Assembly: GCF_006345805.1 (NCBI RefSeq)
Contig: NW_021835976.1
Location: 1-64,000 of the forward strand
DNA: 64,000 bases
Direction: 5' to 3'
Source: Octopus sinensis
Lineage: Eukaryota
Shown: in pieces, positions 25,620-39,984 of the stretch
How the letters are laid out: every line of letters begins with the position of its first letter
How positions within the stretch are numbered: the first letter of the stretch is position 1
Notes under the pieces: model-generated
The model's database searches: none
Seen by the model: only the letters and a program-made list of their open reading frames with translations
Told to the model about the DNA's origin: nothing
Position numbers and translations under genes: made by a program

Positions 25620-26490
25620 GCCAGCGAATTGGCAGAATCTTTAGCACGCAGTGCGAAATGCTTTACGGTGTTTCGCCTGCCACTAAGTTCTCAGTTCAAA
25701 TTCCGCCGAGGTCGACTTTGCCTTTCATCCTTTCGAGGTCGATAAATTAAACACCAGTAATCGACTAGTCCCCTCCCCTCTAAATTTCAGGCCTTGTACC
25801 TTTAGTAGAAAGGATCATTATTTATTGTTCTAAGACAGCAAGCTGGCAGAATTGTTAGCACGCCGGGTAAAATGCTTGGCAGCATTTCGTCCGTCATTAC
25901 GTTCAGATTTCAAATTCCACTGAGGTCGACCTTGTTTTTCATCTTTCGGGGTCGATGAATTAAGAATCGGTGAAACACTGGGTTTCATGTAATCGACTCA
26001 TCCCTTCCCCCAAATTTCTGGCCTTGAGCCTGTAGCAGAAGGGACAATTAAGTTACTGTTCTTTCTACTATCATTGAATAGGGCGGTGGAGTGATAGATC
26101 GTTAGAGCATCCAACAGACATACTTTGCTGCAGTTGTCTTGCTGTTTGACCTTAGGGTTTGAATTTGGTTTGTCTCATGATCCATTCCAGCCTTCAACCT
26201 TCTTAATTCGATAAAATAAAGCACTAGTCACATAGGATATAGCATAAAGTTCCTTCCTCATTGATATAAACTCATAGAGCTGGTTTCCCGGTTTCCGTGG
26301 CGTATATAATCCCTATATGGATAGGATGCCGGTTCGTCACAGGAATACTCATTTTGTCTAGCTGAGTGGACTAGAAGAACGAGAAATGGAGTGCTTTGCT
26401 CAAGAACACTACACGACGCCCAGTTCAGGAACTGAAACCACAATCTTACGATCATGAGTTCAAGACCCTAACCACTAAGCCACGCGCCTG
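25620..26490. mobile_element. SINE cluster: family A plus (25620-25815, 25830-26040, 26080-26230) and family C minus (26270-26490)
   Basis: Family motifs as above. Confidence 0.85.
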
Positions 26491-27449
26491 CAGCCCAGTT
26501 ACAAGCTGAGTTGATATAATCGACTGGAATAAGACGTTTGAGTATAGACAATTTGGTACGGCTAGAGATATTAGAATTTATTACGGTACAAGTCGGTGTC
26601 GTAATATAGCGTGAAAATTTAGTGTAAACATCCAAGCATTGTAACTATCTTTCAAATTCCTGTGGTGTTTCGTATGGAATTTTTAGTCCTCCAATGTTGT
26701 CTCGGTGTATATGTTGACCAACCTATTTTGGCTCTAAATCTTGGTCTGAAATACAACGTATTTGACTTGTATCCTGGAAAATGCGGTAATTCATCACAAT
26801 TGATATAAGAACATTCTCTTTTATCATACTCATAGAGAAATATGTTGACGCACATAAGCAGAAGGAAAGGGAGGGGGGGAGAAAACGAATGAAATATTAG
26901 AAGTTCGACGTCAAATAAGTCAGCGTCGAATCAACGACGCCGAATACGTGATACAACAACGCGTAAAGGAAAACATCCCATCAATTAGATTTATATTTAA
27001 GAAATAAGGAATTATTTACAAACAACAAACAAGATGAGGACAAGTATCCGTCAAATGTAAAAAAAGTAAATCCCATCTCATAATCAACTATAATATGTGC
27101 CAACAGGCAACAATATATTTCTATCCATTAAACTTTATGATTGAGAGTTCTACGTATGGTACCATCGTACTCATAACAGAAGTCCAATACGGATTTCGTA
27201 CAACCGGAAAAACTTGGAATTTCTGGTACGTCCCGATTTGGTCTTCGCATTCCAAACTGCACGGGAAGCATCATTTTATATATGAAATATTTAAAATTTT
27301 CCTTCCCGAATTGTAAAGAAGTATTTGTCTTGCATTTTAGGTATCTCGTGTTCTCCGTCCACAGCCCTTACTCGCAAAAAAAAAAATTGAAGAAAACTTT
27401 ATCGTTCAACTGTTTTATTATGAGCATTATATATTGCTAAGATTATAAC

Positions 27450-27497
27450 GACGACGACTACGGTGACCATTTTCATCGGTAGCAGCAACAGTGATAA

Positions 27498-27530
<33 letters not shown>

Positions 27531-27698
27531 GATTACCACCACCACCACCACTACCACCAGCGTCATCACGCTCACCGAGAACACCACTACCACCAGCAAT
27601 GACGGCGTCACCGCAACCACCATCACAATCATCATCATCGTCGTTATCATCACCACCGCCACCAACAACATCACCCTCTCCATCATCATCATCAACGG

Positions 27699-27742
<44 letters not shown>

Positions 27743-27893
27743 CCACCACCACCACCACTACCACCACCGTCTTCACGTTCACCAAGAACACCACCACTAC
27801 CACCAACAATAACGGCATCACCGCAAACACTATCATAATCACCATCATCGTCGTTGTCATCACCACCACCACCATCACCACCATCACCACCAT

Positions 27894-27925
<32 letters not shown>

Positions 27926-28017
27926 CCACCAGCGTCATCATCATCATCATCATCATCATCATCACCACCATTATCATCATCATCATCGCCATCATCATCG
28001 CCATCATCATCACCATC

Positions 28018-28049
<32 letters not shown>

Positions 28050-28109
28050 CATCATCGCCCTCATCAACACCATCATCATCATCATCATCATCATCGCCCT
28101 CATCATCAC

Positions 28110-28147
<38 letters not shown>

Positions 28148-28265
28148 CAAGCATCATCATCATCCCCATCATCATCATCATCCCATCATCATCACCATTG
28201 TCGCCAACATCATCACCATCATCATCACCATCATCATCATCATCATCATCACCAGCATCATCATC

Positions 28266-28297
<32 letters not shown>

Positions 28298-28354
28298 CAT
28301 CGCCATCATCATCACCATCATCATCATCATCATCATCATCGCCATCATCATCAC

Positions 28355-28396
<42 letters not shown>

Positions 28397-28523
28397 TACC
28401 ATCATCATCATCATCACCATCACCAGCATCATCATCATCATCATCATCATCTTTATTACCATCATCATCACCATCACCATCATCATCATCACCATCATCA
28501 TCATCACCATCATCTTCATCACC

Positions 28524-28589
<66 letters not shown>

Positions 28590-28818
28590 GTCATCCTTAT
28601 CCTCACCAGCATCAACGAGTTTAATGTTAATGAACTCTTTCTGAACACAACATTATTATTGACGAATCTATCGTCGTCATCGTAGACATCATTGGTTGAC
28701 GTTGTTATGTTCTTGGGCTCCATTCATGTTGCTTCTTCTGCGGCACATTTATATACCCCCCCCCCACCGCACCCCTATCAACTATTATCCTGCCTGCTAT
28801 TGCTACTGCTGCTGTAAC

Positions 28819-28861
<43 letters not shown>

Positions 28862-29094
28862 CATGTTCTTGTTGATGGGTGTTTATATTGTTCTTATTGT
28901 CGTTATTGTTTATATTGCTGTTGTTGTTGCTATTGAAAAGGACCATGTTTGTTTGTTTTTATTATAGTTGTTGTCTTTAATTTTGTTCCTGATATTTCAA
29001 CTGTTGCTACTACCTCGATTCTTCATCGTCATCATCATCATCATCATCATCATCATTATCATCAACATCATCATCATCATCATCAACATCATCC

Positions 29095-29132
<38 letters not shown>

Positions 29133-29220
29133 GTCATAGTCGTCGTCGTCGTTGTCGCCGTCGTCACAATCTTCTTTTTCTTCTTCTTCATCATCATCAC
29201 CATCAGCTCGATCTTCCATC

Positions 29221-29278
<58 letters not shown>

Positions 29279-29336
29279 GTTGTTGTTGTTGTTGTTGTTA
29301 TTAATGTCGTTATTATTAACAATATCTTTCACATTT

Positions 29337-29385
<49 letters not shown>

Positions 29386-29748
29386 CATCATCATCATCAC
29401 CATCATCATCACTATCATCATCATCATCATCATCATTATCAACATCATTATTATTATTATTATTGTTGTTGTTATTCTCGTTGCTTCTGTAATTGTTGCT
29501 TCTGCAGCCCCCACTGCAGCTACTACTGCAACTGTTCTCCTTCTCGCTGTTGTTACCGTTGCCATGGCAATGGCAATATTTCAAAGGGAGCCATAATGAA
29601 ATTTATATTTCGAGATGACGACGCGGTTATTAAAACCATCACCTCACGTGGTGTGAATGGCGTGGTGTAGGAACCAAGAGGGGCCTGGTGTAGTGTGCAG
29701 GTGGGTGCTGCATTGAAGCAACGTGGTTGAGTTAGTAGTAGTAGTCGC

Positions 29749-29783
<35 letters not shown>

Positions 29784-29937
29784 CAGTAGCAGTAGTAGTA
29801 GTGTAGTAGTAGTAGTAGTAGTAGCAGTAGCAGTAGTAGTAGTAATAGTAGTTGTAGTAGTAGCAGTAGTAGTAGTCGTAGAGAATAGGTGTTGGTGTTT
29901 GTTATGGTAGTGATTGTGGTAGTGATGGTACTATTGA

Positions 29938-29970
<33 letters not shown>

Positions 29971-30126
29971 TGGTCGCGTAGGTGGAAATGGTAATGTTAG
30001 TGACTTTTCGTGGTAGTCCTGGTGGTGGTGGTGATGCAGGTGGTTGTAATGGTGGTGGTTGTAGTGGTGTTGGTGTTGTTGTTGGTGGTGCTGCTGCTGA
30101 TGATAACGATGGTGATGATGATGATA

Positions 30127-30172
<46 letters not shown>

Positions 30173-31286
30173 CGACGACGACGACTATGATAATGGGGAT
30201 GACGATGATGCCGATGGTGGCGACGACGATGATAATAATGATGATGATGATGATGATGATGATGACGACGATGATGATAATTACGATGGTGATGATAACG
30301 ACTGATGATTATGAGTATCATGATGACGTATGTTAGCGATGGTTTCTTTGATGGAAGTGTTGGTGATTTTAGTTGCGGTGGTGGTGGTGGTGGTGGTGGT
30401 ATGTTGGTAGCGATGGTGACGGTAATAGATGTGGCTATGATGGTAATGTTGAGAGTATAGGCAGCGTAGTGATGGCCGTGATTGATGGCGATGGTCTATA
30501 CTGGACCAGATAACATTGATGGTCAATGCGGTTCTTGTTGTTGATGTCGTTGGTGCAGTCGTTAGTTTCCTTGCTGCTGTAGTTGTTGTTATTGTTGGTA
30601 TTGTTGTCGATGTTGTTAGTGTTGTTGTTGGTTGTGGTAATAGCGGTAGTAGTAGAAGTAGTAGTATTAGTGTCGGTGGTGGTAGCGACTTGTTATTGCG
30701 TTGTTATTGGTCTTGTTGGTATTACTGTTGTTGTTGTTGTTGTTCTTGTTGTTAAAGTGGTGGTTGGTGCAGTAGTTGGTCGTGGTGGCATTGTTGTTAT
30801 TGTTTGTTGTTGTTGCTGGTGGTGGTGGTGGTGGTGGTGGTGGTGGTGGTGGTGTTGATAACAATTGTCGCATGTTGTATTTCTTTACTATGCAGGTTGT
30901 TTATGCATAGTTATTTCCTACTACCACCTCTCTCTCCCTTCATCTCCCCTCATCTCTTAGCCCTTCTCTCTCAGTCTCTCTCTCTCTCTCAGTCTCTTTC
31001 GCTCAGTCTATCTCTCTCTCTCTCTCTCTCTCTCAGTATATATATACATATATATATATACATCTTCCTCTCTATCTCTTTCTCTCTCCGAGTCTTTCTC
31101 TCTTTCGCAGTCTCTATCTCTTTCTATTTCTCTGTCCATCTCTCTCTCAGCCTATCTCTCTGTCACTCTCAGTTTTCTCTCAGTTTTTCTCTCTTCTCTA
31201 TCTATCTATCTTTCATCTATCTATATCTCTCTTTCCCTCTATATGTCTGTCTGTCTGTTTCTCTTTCTCTCTCTCCCTTTTTCACG

Positions 31287-31324
<38 letters not shown>

Positions 31325-32620
31325 CCTTTCTCTCTCTCGCTCGCTCGTTAGGTGAACAGACGATGGTGGACCATTTGTAGGCTGTTGCGTGTGCGTGGGA
31401 TGTGGCTGTGGAAACGAGAAGGGTCATAATTGTGGAAGAAGATGATTTAATGGCAACGACTGATGATGGTAATAGGCTCGCATTTTAACTTGAATAGGAT
31501 GAAAGCACAATGGTATTCATGTGGCAACGTATCCACTACCACCAATACCGCTACCACCAACACCGCTACCACTAACACCGCTGTCATCCAACACTGTTAT
31601 CACTATCGCCAACACTGTTACCACCACTGCCGCGATCCAAAACCACTGCTACCAACACCACCGTCAGCACTACAACCAACGCCACTAATACGAGTACTAT
31701 CATTAGCAAGACTACCACCATTATTGTCATAAAATCACCACTACTGCCAACACCATTATTATATTACTAACAACTCTAACACTAACACTACCACCACCAA
31801 CACTACTGCCACCACCAACACTACTGCCACCAACACTGCCACCACTAACACTAACACTACCACCACCAACACCACTACCACCAACGCCAATACCACCAAC
31901 ACCAATACCACCACTGCCACTAACATCAACCCCAATATCACCAACACCACTACCACCACCATCGTTACCCCCAACATCACTACCACCAACAGCACTACCA
32001 CCACCGCCACTACCATCAACCACAATACCACCAACACCACTACCACAAACATCACTACACCACCGCCACTACCATCAACCCCAATATCACCAACATCACT
32101 ACCACAAACACTACTACCAACACCACTACCACCAACACCACTACCACCAACACCACTACCATCAATCCCAATATCACCAGCACCACTACCACAAACACCC
32201 CCACCCCCAACACCCCTACCACCAATACCACTACCACCAACACCACTACCATCAACCCCAATATCACCAACACCACTACCACTAACACCACTACGACCAA
32301 CCCTACCGCCAGCACAACCTCCAACAACACCACTACCACCATACCACTATCACTATCCTTAACGCCACTAGCGCCACCACTACCATCACCATCACCTTTA
32401 TCACCAATAGCACCACTCTCACTATCACCACTGCCATAAAGAGTATTATCACTACCACCGCTACTACCACTATTATTACCACCAACACCATTATTATGAA
32501 TGCGACTACTAACATTACTCCCACCACCAACACCACCAGCAACATCATCATTACAACAGCAACACCAAAAACAAAATCAACAATAAGACAACTACTACAC
32601 TAACAAGTAAAACAACAAAT
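27450..32620. repeat. About 5 kb of (CAT)n, (GTT)n, (ATT)n, (GTA)n, (GAT)n, (CT)n and (ACC)n with higher-order duplications
   Basis: Directly visible; accounts for the 393-aa, 260-aa and 256-aa homopolymeric ORFs. Confidence 0.95.
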
Positions 32621-32699
32621 ACAACCACTATATCTTTGATAATCATCACGATCACAATTACTCAGAGCAATTAAAGCTATTAAAAAAAATTGGTAAAGT

Positions 32700-33285
32700 T
32701 CCCTTTTTGAGGCATATGCAGTCATAAGGGCCAGCTTTTCGGTTTCATGGCGTATTTATTCCCCACCAGGACGGGGTGCTGGTCGGTCACAGGATTACTC
32801 ATTTTTGCCAGCTGAGTAGACTAGAGTAACGTGAAATACTCTCTTATACTCTTTTACTTGTTTCAGTCATTTGACTGCTGTCATGCTGGAGCACCGCCTT
32901 TAGTCGAGCAAATCGACCCAGGACTTATTCTTTGTAAGCCTAGTACTTATACTATCGGATTTCTTTTGCCGAACCACTAAGTTACGGGGACGTAAACACA
33001 ACAGTATCTGTTGTCAAGCGATGTTGGAGGAACAAACACTGCCACACAACCATACACACACACACACACACGCACGCACGCACACACACACAGACACGAA
33101 CACACACACACACACACATATATATATACATATATACGAAGGGTTTCTTCTAGTTTCTGTCTACCAAATCCACTCACAAGGCTTTGGTCGGCCCAAGGCT
33201 ATAGTAGAAGAAACTTGCCCAAGGTGCAACGCAGTTGGACTAAATCCGGAACCATGTAGTTGGTAAGCAAGCTACTCACCACAAC
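32700..33285 (-). mobile_element. SINE family C 3' part (32700-32836) abutting a full SINE family B (32845-33285)
   Basis: TTACTTGTTTCAGTCATTTGACTG..GCTGGAGCACC..CAAATCCACTCACAAGGCTTTGGTCGGCCC. Confidence 0.9.
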
Positions 33286-33353
33286 GATAATACCTGCAAT
33301 AACAACTTCTTGGTGAACTTTCGAACCTGGGTTCTCATTCCTATGGTATTATA

Positions 33354-33406
33354 ATCGGAATCTTGGGGTTAGTAGCCCGCGCTCTTAACCACTACGCTAT
33401 ATGCCC
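33354..33406 (-). pseudogene. Truncated tRNA-like sequence within a dispersed repeat
   Basis: GGGCATATAGCGTAGTGGTTAAGAGCGCGGGCTACTAACCCC has a D arm/A box and an anticodon-like arm but no T arm. Downstream sequence (33655-33700) recurs at 27015-27065. Confidence 0.55.
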
Positions 33407-34360
33407 GTCGGCAATTATGGCGTAATTTTAGGGCTTATAAATCTAATATTTTTCTATTCTTCCTTAATACCGGTTCCCATATGCTATTCATATCTGCACT
33501 CGGTCTGCTTAGGAGGTTGTTGTGTCCTAGCATATGTGCTGCTTCTTTTAGTCTTCATATTTTCCAGTGGTGTTTTCTGTCTATTATTTTAACTTCATCC
33601 CACAAGGGAGGTGGTCTCCATTTTTCCATATATGATCAGCTATACCCAATTTATTAACAAACAAGAGGAGGATAAATATCCGTCGAATGTAAATAATGTA
33701 AATAATATATATAAACTTTAACATATCGAACCTTAAGCCAAGCGAGTCCTTCATACAGTTTCTTTCTACCGAATACCGCGTTCAATCTGAAGCTCCCTTA
33801 GAAGATGTATGCCGAAAAAAGTGAACTACAAGGCCTTTCCTGGCCTTCGCGTGCGAGTTCTAAGATGCCGGATTGTGTATACGATAGTAAGAAAGTGAAC
33901 TTCTTATGCGATTTTCACAATTTGGAATATGAGAAAAGTTCTACGAAAACTCGAAATTAATTCACCGTTGCATCCCTCTTGAATACGTTTCATTATCTGC
34001 ACGCTCCACAGTCAGTTTTGCATCCTCCTTTGCCGATATACTGAAGTGATTTCATAGCAGTGAACTTAGATTGTAAAGCGAATGGCGTGAGAGCTACCAT
34101 TAAGGTTGGATCAGGTGCAATATTCACTTCCAGTCTCAAACAATTGTCCAATATAGAAGAATTTAGTCGAAATTTCAAAACAGAATTAGGAGTAAAAGAG
34201 ACAAAAGTGCAAACATAAGAAGAAATTCGTTACTTTGAGAAGAGGAAATGTGAAAGATTGAATCAAAAGTAATAAGAAAAAAGAGAATAAAACCGACAAT
34301 GAAGAGATTTAGAAAGGATATAGGAGTGTCATGAAGTCGCCGAAGAAGACAAAAGTTGAA

Positions 34361-34411
<51 letters not shown>

Positions 34412-35149
34412 GAATGAAAAATATAGAAGACGTAATTGGTATTTTAAGCTTTATATAACATATCCACGCTTCATTAAACCAACAAAGTTACACAATTGCT
34501 TGGCCTAGATTGCTCTTGGGCAATATTATCGTTAAAATGCATCAATGTTTGACTTAAATATTGTTCGCCAAATAATTTTGTAACCTTGTCAGATGATTTA
34601 CTGAAGTAAGCATATGTCTTATAAAGCTTAAAATACGAAATCCACTTACTGATATCTTTTAATAAATATTTTTCGTATTCGGCACACAGACTTATCCCAT
34701 GGTTCGAGGATATTCGTCCAATTGTAATGCAGACAAGAATTAAATGTAGAACTTACTACTACTCCTTAAAGTTTTAATAATTTATCTCACTTTCTAGCAC
34801 GCCTATACTGTAACATTTATGTATACGAAATTTGTATAGGTTTAAAATAATGTGTTAATCATATACGGTCTGCAAAGTACGTGTTGGCGTTCACTAGATT
34901 TTATGTGTATGCAAAGTAATTGATAGTTTCATTCTCTGAGGTTGGTCAACTGATGTAGACACCTGATGAGACTCCAATAATAGCCGAAAATTGATTAAGG
35001 TTTCATCTTTAAATCTACAGAAAACAAAGCAAATTTGCCGTTTTTCTATGTCTAACATTTACGTTTACATACATACACACATACATACATACACATACAT
35101 ACATACATACATACATACATACATACTTACATACATACATACATACATA

Positions 35150-35359
35150 CATACACACATACATACATACATACATACATACATCCATCCATACATACAT
35201 ACATCCATCCATCCATACATACATACATACATACATTAATACAGGCACAGGCATGACTGTGTGGCAAGAAGCTTGCTTCCCAAACGCATGGTCCCAGGTT
35301 CAATTCGACTTCGTGACAATTTGGGCAAGTGTCTTCTACTATAGATCAGGTGTGTGTGT

Positions 35360-35440
<81 letters not shown>

Positions 35441-36438
35441 CGTGCCTGTGTTTGTTTTTGTGCTTGTGTTTGTCCCACCATCATAGCTTGAAAAACAGTG
35501 TCAGTGTGTTTACATCTCCGTAATATGGCGCTTCAGCTAAGGAGATCGTTAGAATACGTACTAAACTTACAAGAATTAATTCTTGGGTTCGATGTGTCCG
35601 ACTAAAACCTTTCAAGGTGATACTCCAGCACGGCTGCAATCAAATGACTGAAACGGGTAAAAGAATACAAGAATAAAAGAACACATACATACGTACATAC
35701 ATGCATACATACATACATTCATACATACATACATACATACATACATACATACATACATACATACATACATACATACATGTATACATACATAGGATCACTC
35801 CGTCGGTTGCGACGACGAGGGTCCCAGCTGATACGATCCGCGGAACAGCTTGCTCGTGAAATTAACGTGCTAATGGCTGAGCATTCCACAGACACGTGTA
35901 CCCTTAACGTAGTTCGCAAGGAGATTCAGCGTGACACAGAGTGTGACAAGGCTGTCTCTTTTTGAAGTACAGGTACTACTCATTTTTGCCAGCTGAGTGG
36001 ACTGGAGCAACATGAAATAAAGTGTCTTGCTTAAGGATACAACGCGTCACCGGGAATCGAACTCATAACCTTACGATCATAAGTCGAATGCCCTAACCAC
36101 CAAGCCACGCGCCCTCATACATACATACATTACATACATACATACATACTACATACATACATACATACAATACATACATACATACATACATACATAATAC
36201 ATACATACATACACACATACATACATACATACATACATACATCCATCCATACATACATACATCCATCCATCCATACATACATACATACATACATTAATAC
36301 AGGCACAGGCATGACTGTGTGGCAAGAAGCTTGCTTCCCAAACGCATGGTCCCAGGTTCAATTCGACTTCGTGACAATTGGGCAAGTGTCTTCTACTATA
36401 GATCAGGTGTGTGTGTGTGTATGTGTGTGTGTGTGTGT

Positions 36439-36483
<45 letters not shown>

Positions 36484-37170
36484 TGTGTGTGCGTGCGTGC
36501 CTGTGTTTGTTTTTGTGCTTGTGTTTGTCCCACCATCATAGCTTGAAAAACAGTGTCAGTGTGTTTACATCTCCGTAATATGGCGCTTCAGCTAAGGAGA
36601 TCGTTAGAATACGTACTAAACTTACAAGAATTAATTCTTGGGTTCGATGTGTCCGACTAAAACCTTTCAAGGTGATACTCCAGCACGGCTGCAATCAAAT
36701 GACTGAAACGGGTAAAAGAATACAAGAATAAAAGAACACATACATACGTACATACATGCATACATACATACATTCATACATACATACATACATACATACA
36801 TACATACATACATACATACATACATACATGTATACATACATAGGATCACTCCGTCGGTTGCGACGACGAGGGTCCCAGCTGATACGATCCGCGAACAGCT
36901 TGCTCGTGAAATTAACGTGCTAATGGCTGAGCATTCCACAGACACGTGTACCCTTAACGTAGTTCGCAAGGAGATTCAGCGTGACACAGAGTGTGACAAG
37001 GCTGTCTCTTTTTGAAGTACAGGTACTACTCATTTTTGCCAGCTGAGTGGACTGGAGCAACATGAAATAAAGTGTCTTGCTTAAGGATACAACGCGTCAC
37101 CGGGAATCGAACTCATAACCTTACGATCATAAGTCGAATGCCCTAACCACCAAGCCACGCGCCCTCATAC
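35150..37170. repeat. Near-identical tandem duplication, period about 1.05 kb (SINE B plus, SINE C minus, microsatellites)
   Basis: TAATACAGGCACAGGC at 35237 and 36295; GCCACGCGCCCTC ending at about 36116 and about 37166. Confidence 0.95.
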
Positions 37171-37574
37171 ATACATACATACATACATACATACATACAT
37201 ACATACCATACATACATACATACATACATACATACATGCATACATACATACGGATGGCTGTCTACTTGTTCGCTGATCATGGCCATCGGTGACAGGAATG
37301 TGTGCAACAGTCGTGCTAAATTTTTATTTGAATCGAGAGTGAGGCTTGCACAACATCAGAGTGGCACACACTAGCAACACTGAGAATTCCAGAGAGAAGC
37401 GAATAGCAAGATATCCAGAGCCGTTGAGCAGCTGGTTTTAAATAAAAATTAGCCATTTTCTAAAGGGACGCCATGACAAAGACCTATTGTCCCTCATCTC
37501 CTGTCGCCATACTATACCCTCGGACACCAACCCGACTACTTCTATGCCCTGCCGCATACATAGATTCATATATA

Positions 37575-38092
37575 TTCTCTTATTCTTTTACTTGTTTCAG
37601 GCATTTGACTGCGGCCATGCTGAAACACCACCTTCAAGATTTTTAGTCAAACAAACAGACCCTAGGACTTATTGTTGAAAGCCTAGTACTTATTGCTTCG
37701 TCTCTATTTGCTGAACCGCTATGTTACTGGTACGTAAGTACACCAACACTGGTTGTCAAGCGGTGATGGGGAACACAGAAACAAAGACACACATAGATAT
37801 GTACCTACATATCTATATTTATCTATTTATCTACCTGCCTATCTAACTATATATATACACACACTTACATGCGTTTATACACATATACACACACACACAT
37901 ATACACAGACACACACACATATACCACAGGATTCTTTCAATTTCTGTCTTTGAAATCCACTCACAAGAAAAAGCTTTGGTCTGCCTGGGACTTTAGTAAG
38001 AGACGCTTGCACAAGGTGTCGCGCAGTTGGACTGAACACAAGACCACGTAGTTGAGAATGAAGCTTCTTATTACACAGCCACGCTTGCGCCT
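37575..38092 (-). mobile_element. SINE family B, diverged
   Basis: Family B tail and head motifs. Confidence 0.85.
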
Positions 38093-38354
38093 GTATATTC
38101 ATCCATAGACACACACTTACACGCATATACACATATACGAGCATATAGATTTAACGCATATATTGCATAAATAAATTACTTACTACAGCTTGTACTTGAT
38201 ACATGTAAGACATGTGACAATGATATAAATGTTAAACGGATACATGGAGTTTGATATACGACGGATGTACGTATATTAACCATTAAAATATCCATAGAAG
38301 TGAATCCCCTATTGCGTTTTACAAATATTGCAAATTTTATACTTGTGCAATATT

Positions 38355-38790
38355 GGTTTCCTATTTTGGCACAAGAATAGCAATTTCGGGGGATTTTGGC
38401 ACAAAGCCAGCAATTTGTTTTATAAGTCGATTATATCAGCCACAGTCTTCAACTGATACTTATTTTATCAACCCCAGAAGTCGACCTCGACGGAATTTAA
38501 ACGCAGAACGTAAGGACCGACGAAATGTCTAGCGGTGTTTTGACCTGCAGGCTAACTGTTCCGTCAGCCCTCTACCTTAGTAATACTGATTTCCTTATGT
38601 AATACTGCTTTAAAATTTTGCCACAAGGCCAACAATTTTGGGGGAGGGGGGTAAGTCGATTACATTGACCTTAGTACTCAACCCCGAAAGCATGAATGGC
38701 AAAGTTGACCCCGGCAGAATCTGAACGCAGAAAGTAAAGACAACCGAAATGCCGCTAAGAATGTCACCCGCTGTGCGAACGATTCTGCAT
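38355..38790 (-). mobile_element. Two SINE family A copies
   Basis: Family A motifs. Confidence 0.8.
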
Positions 38791-39336
38791 AATTATGTAA
38801 TGCTAGAAATATTTTCTTCACCAAGTGGCGAGAACACAAGTTCGTTAGCGGGTAGGGCAAGAGGCTAGATGGTTTGTTTATTATTCCGGTTTCTTAGATT
38901 CTTAGTTCCCATTCTACAGTTTCACTAAATAAATATGAATCGAGAATTCGGCTTAGAGTAACCGTGTAGTTTTATTCTACAGGGTACAGCAAGCGTTTTA
39001 CCTAAGCTAGAAATAAATATTGTGTAATTTGTATATTAGCATCGTGTCTTCATATGTCGGTATGAACTTTCTTCGCAATACATAGCGTATGAATGTATAT
39101 ATAATATAAGAAGCACTAGTGTTGTGAATATTATGGATCAAACAAAACCCAATTTATTTGCTTTGCTTCTTCACCTGTAGGTTGCGATTTAGCATGGTGG
39201 GGGTGCATATCTCAGGTATTTTAACACCAGGTGCTTTCAGGGAAGTATCCCGACCGCGCTAATTCGCAACCTACCGGCGAACAAATATACTGCTTGCGTT
39301 GAGTATTCGTGATCGATAAGGTTTATATACACACAC

Positions 39337-39388
<52 letters not shown>

Positions 39389-39409
39389 ACTAGCGTGTGT
39401 GTGAGAGAG

Positions 39410-39570
39410 AAGGCACGTGACCTAGTGGTTAAGATGTTCTCAAATGACGATCTCGCGATTGTGATTTTGATTTCCAATCCGGCGACGTATTGCGTTCCTA
39501 AACAAAACACTTTATTTCAAGCTGCTTCATTTCACTCAGCTCTAAATTGGTAACCATTTGATAACCTGGA
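39410..39570 (+). mobile_element. SINE family C, diverged
   Basis: AGGCACGTGACCTAGTGGTTAAG..CAAAACACTTTATTTCA. Confidence 0.75.
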
Positions 39571-39984
39571 ATTCTCCTCAGGAGCGATGCCGTCCTATAC
39601 ACTAACCAGAGTGATGACGTCATTAAAATCTTGAACAATGCGTGGAACCGCTTGGCCCAACAGTTGTATTACAACATTCAAAAGTCTCGCTGATAGAAAT
39701 CGACGTTACTGTTACTTTTTTAATCCCATGAACAACCATGTTAAGCTGCAATAAACATCAGATCTCAGTATAGTTATCGCTCTTATCTTTTATTGGGATT
39801 TTCTAGTTAAGTTGCTTGTTGCAAGATCAGTGGCTGTGTGTCGCTTGGTTTTCTACATATTGCGAGCTGGAGTGAGCTACTGCTATTTCTAGCAGGCGAA
39901 TATCGACCTTCGAAGATGACCACAAATAGGTCAAAACTGTACTGTCTGGTTGTTCCGCAGTCCCCTGCTTGCAAAATATGTATA

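Noticed and set aside
33354-33406. Functional tRNA gene (also the SINE heads)
   Set aside because: No T arm or acceptor stem completion; repeat-derived.
33960-34220. Exon or Ig-like fragment (VNLDCKANG) and ORF 33993-34178
   Set aside because: Lacks the Ig core Trp and convincing splice sites.
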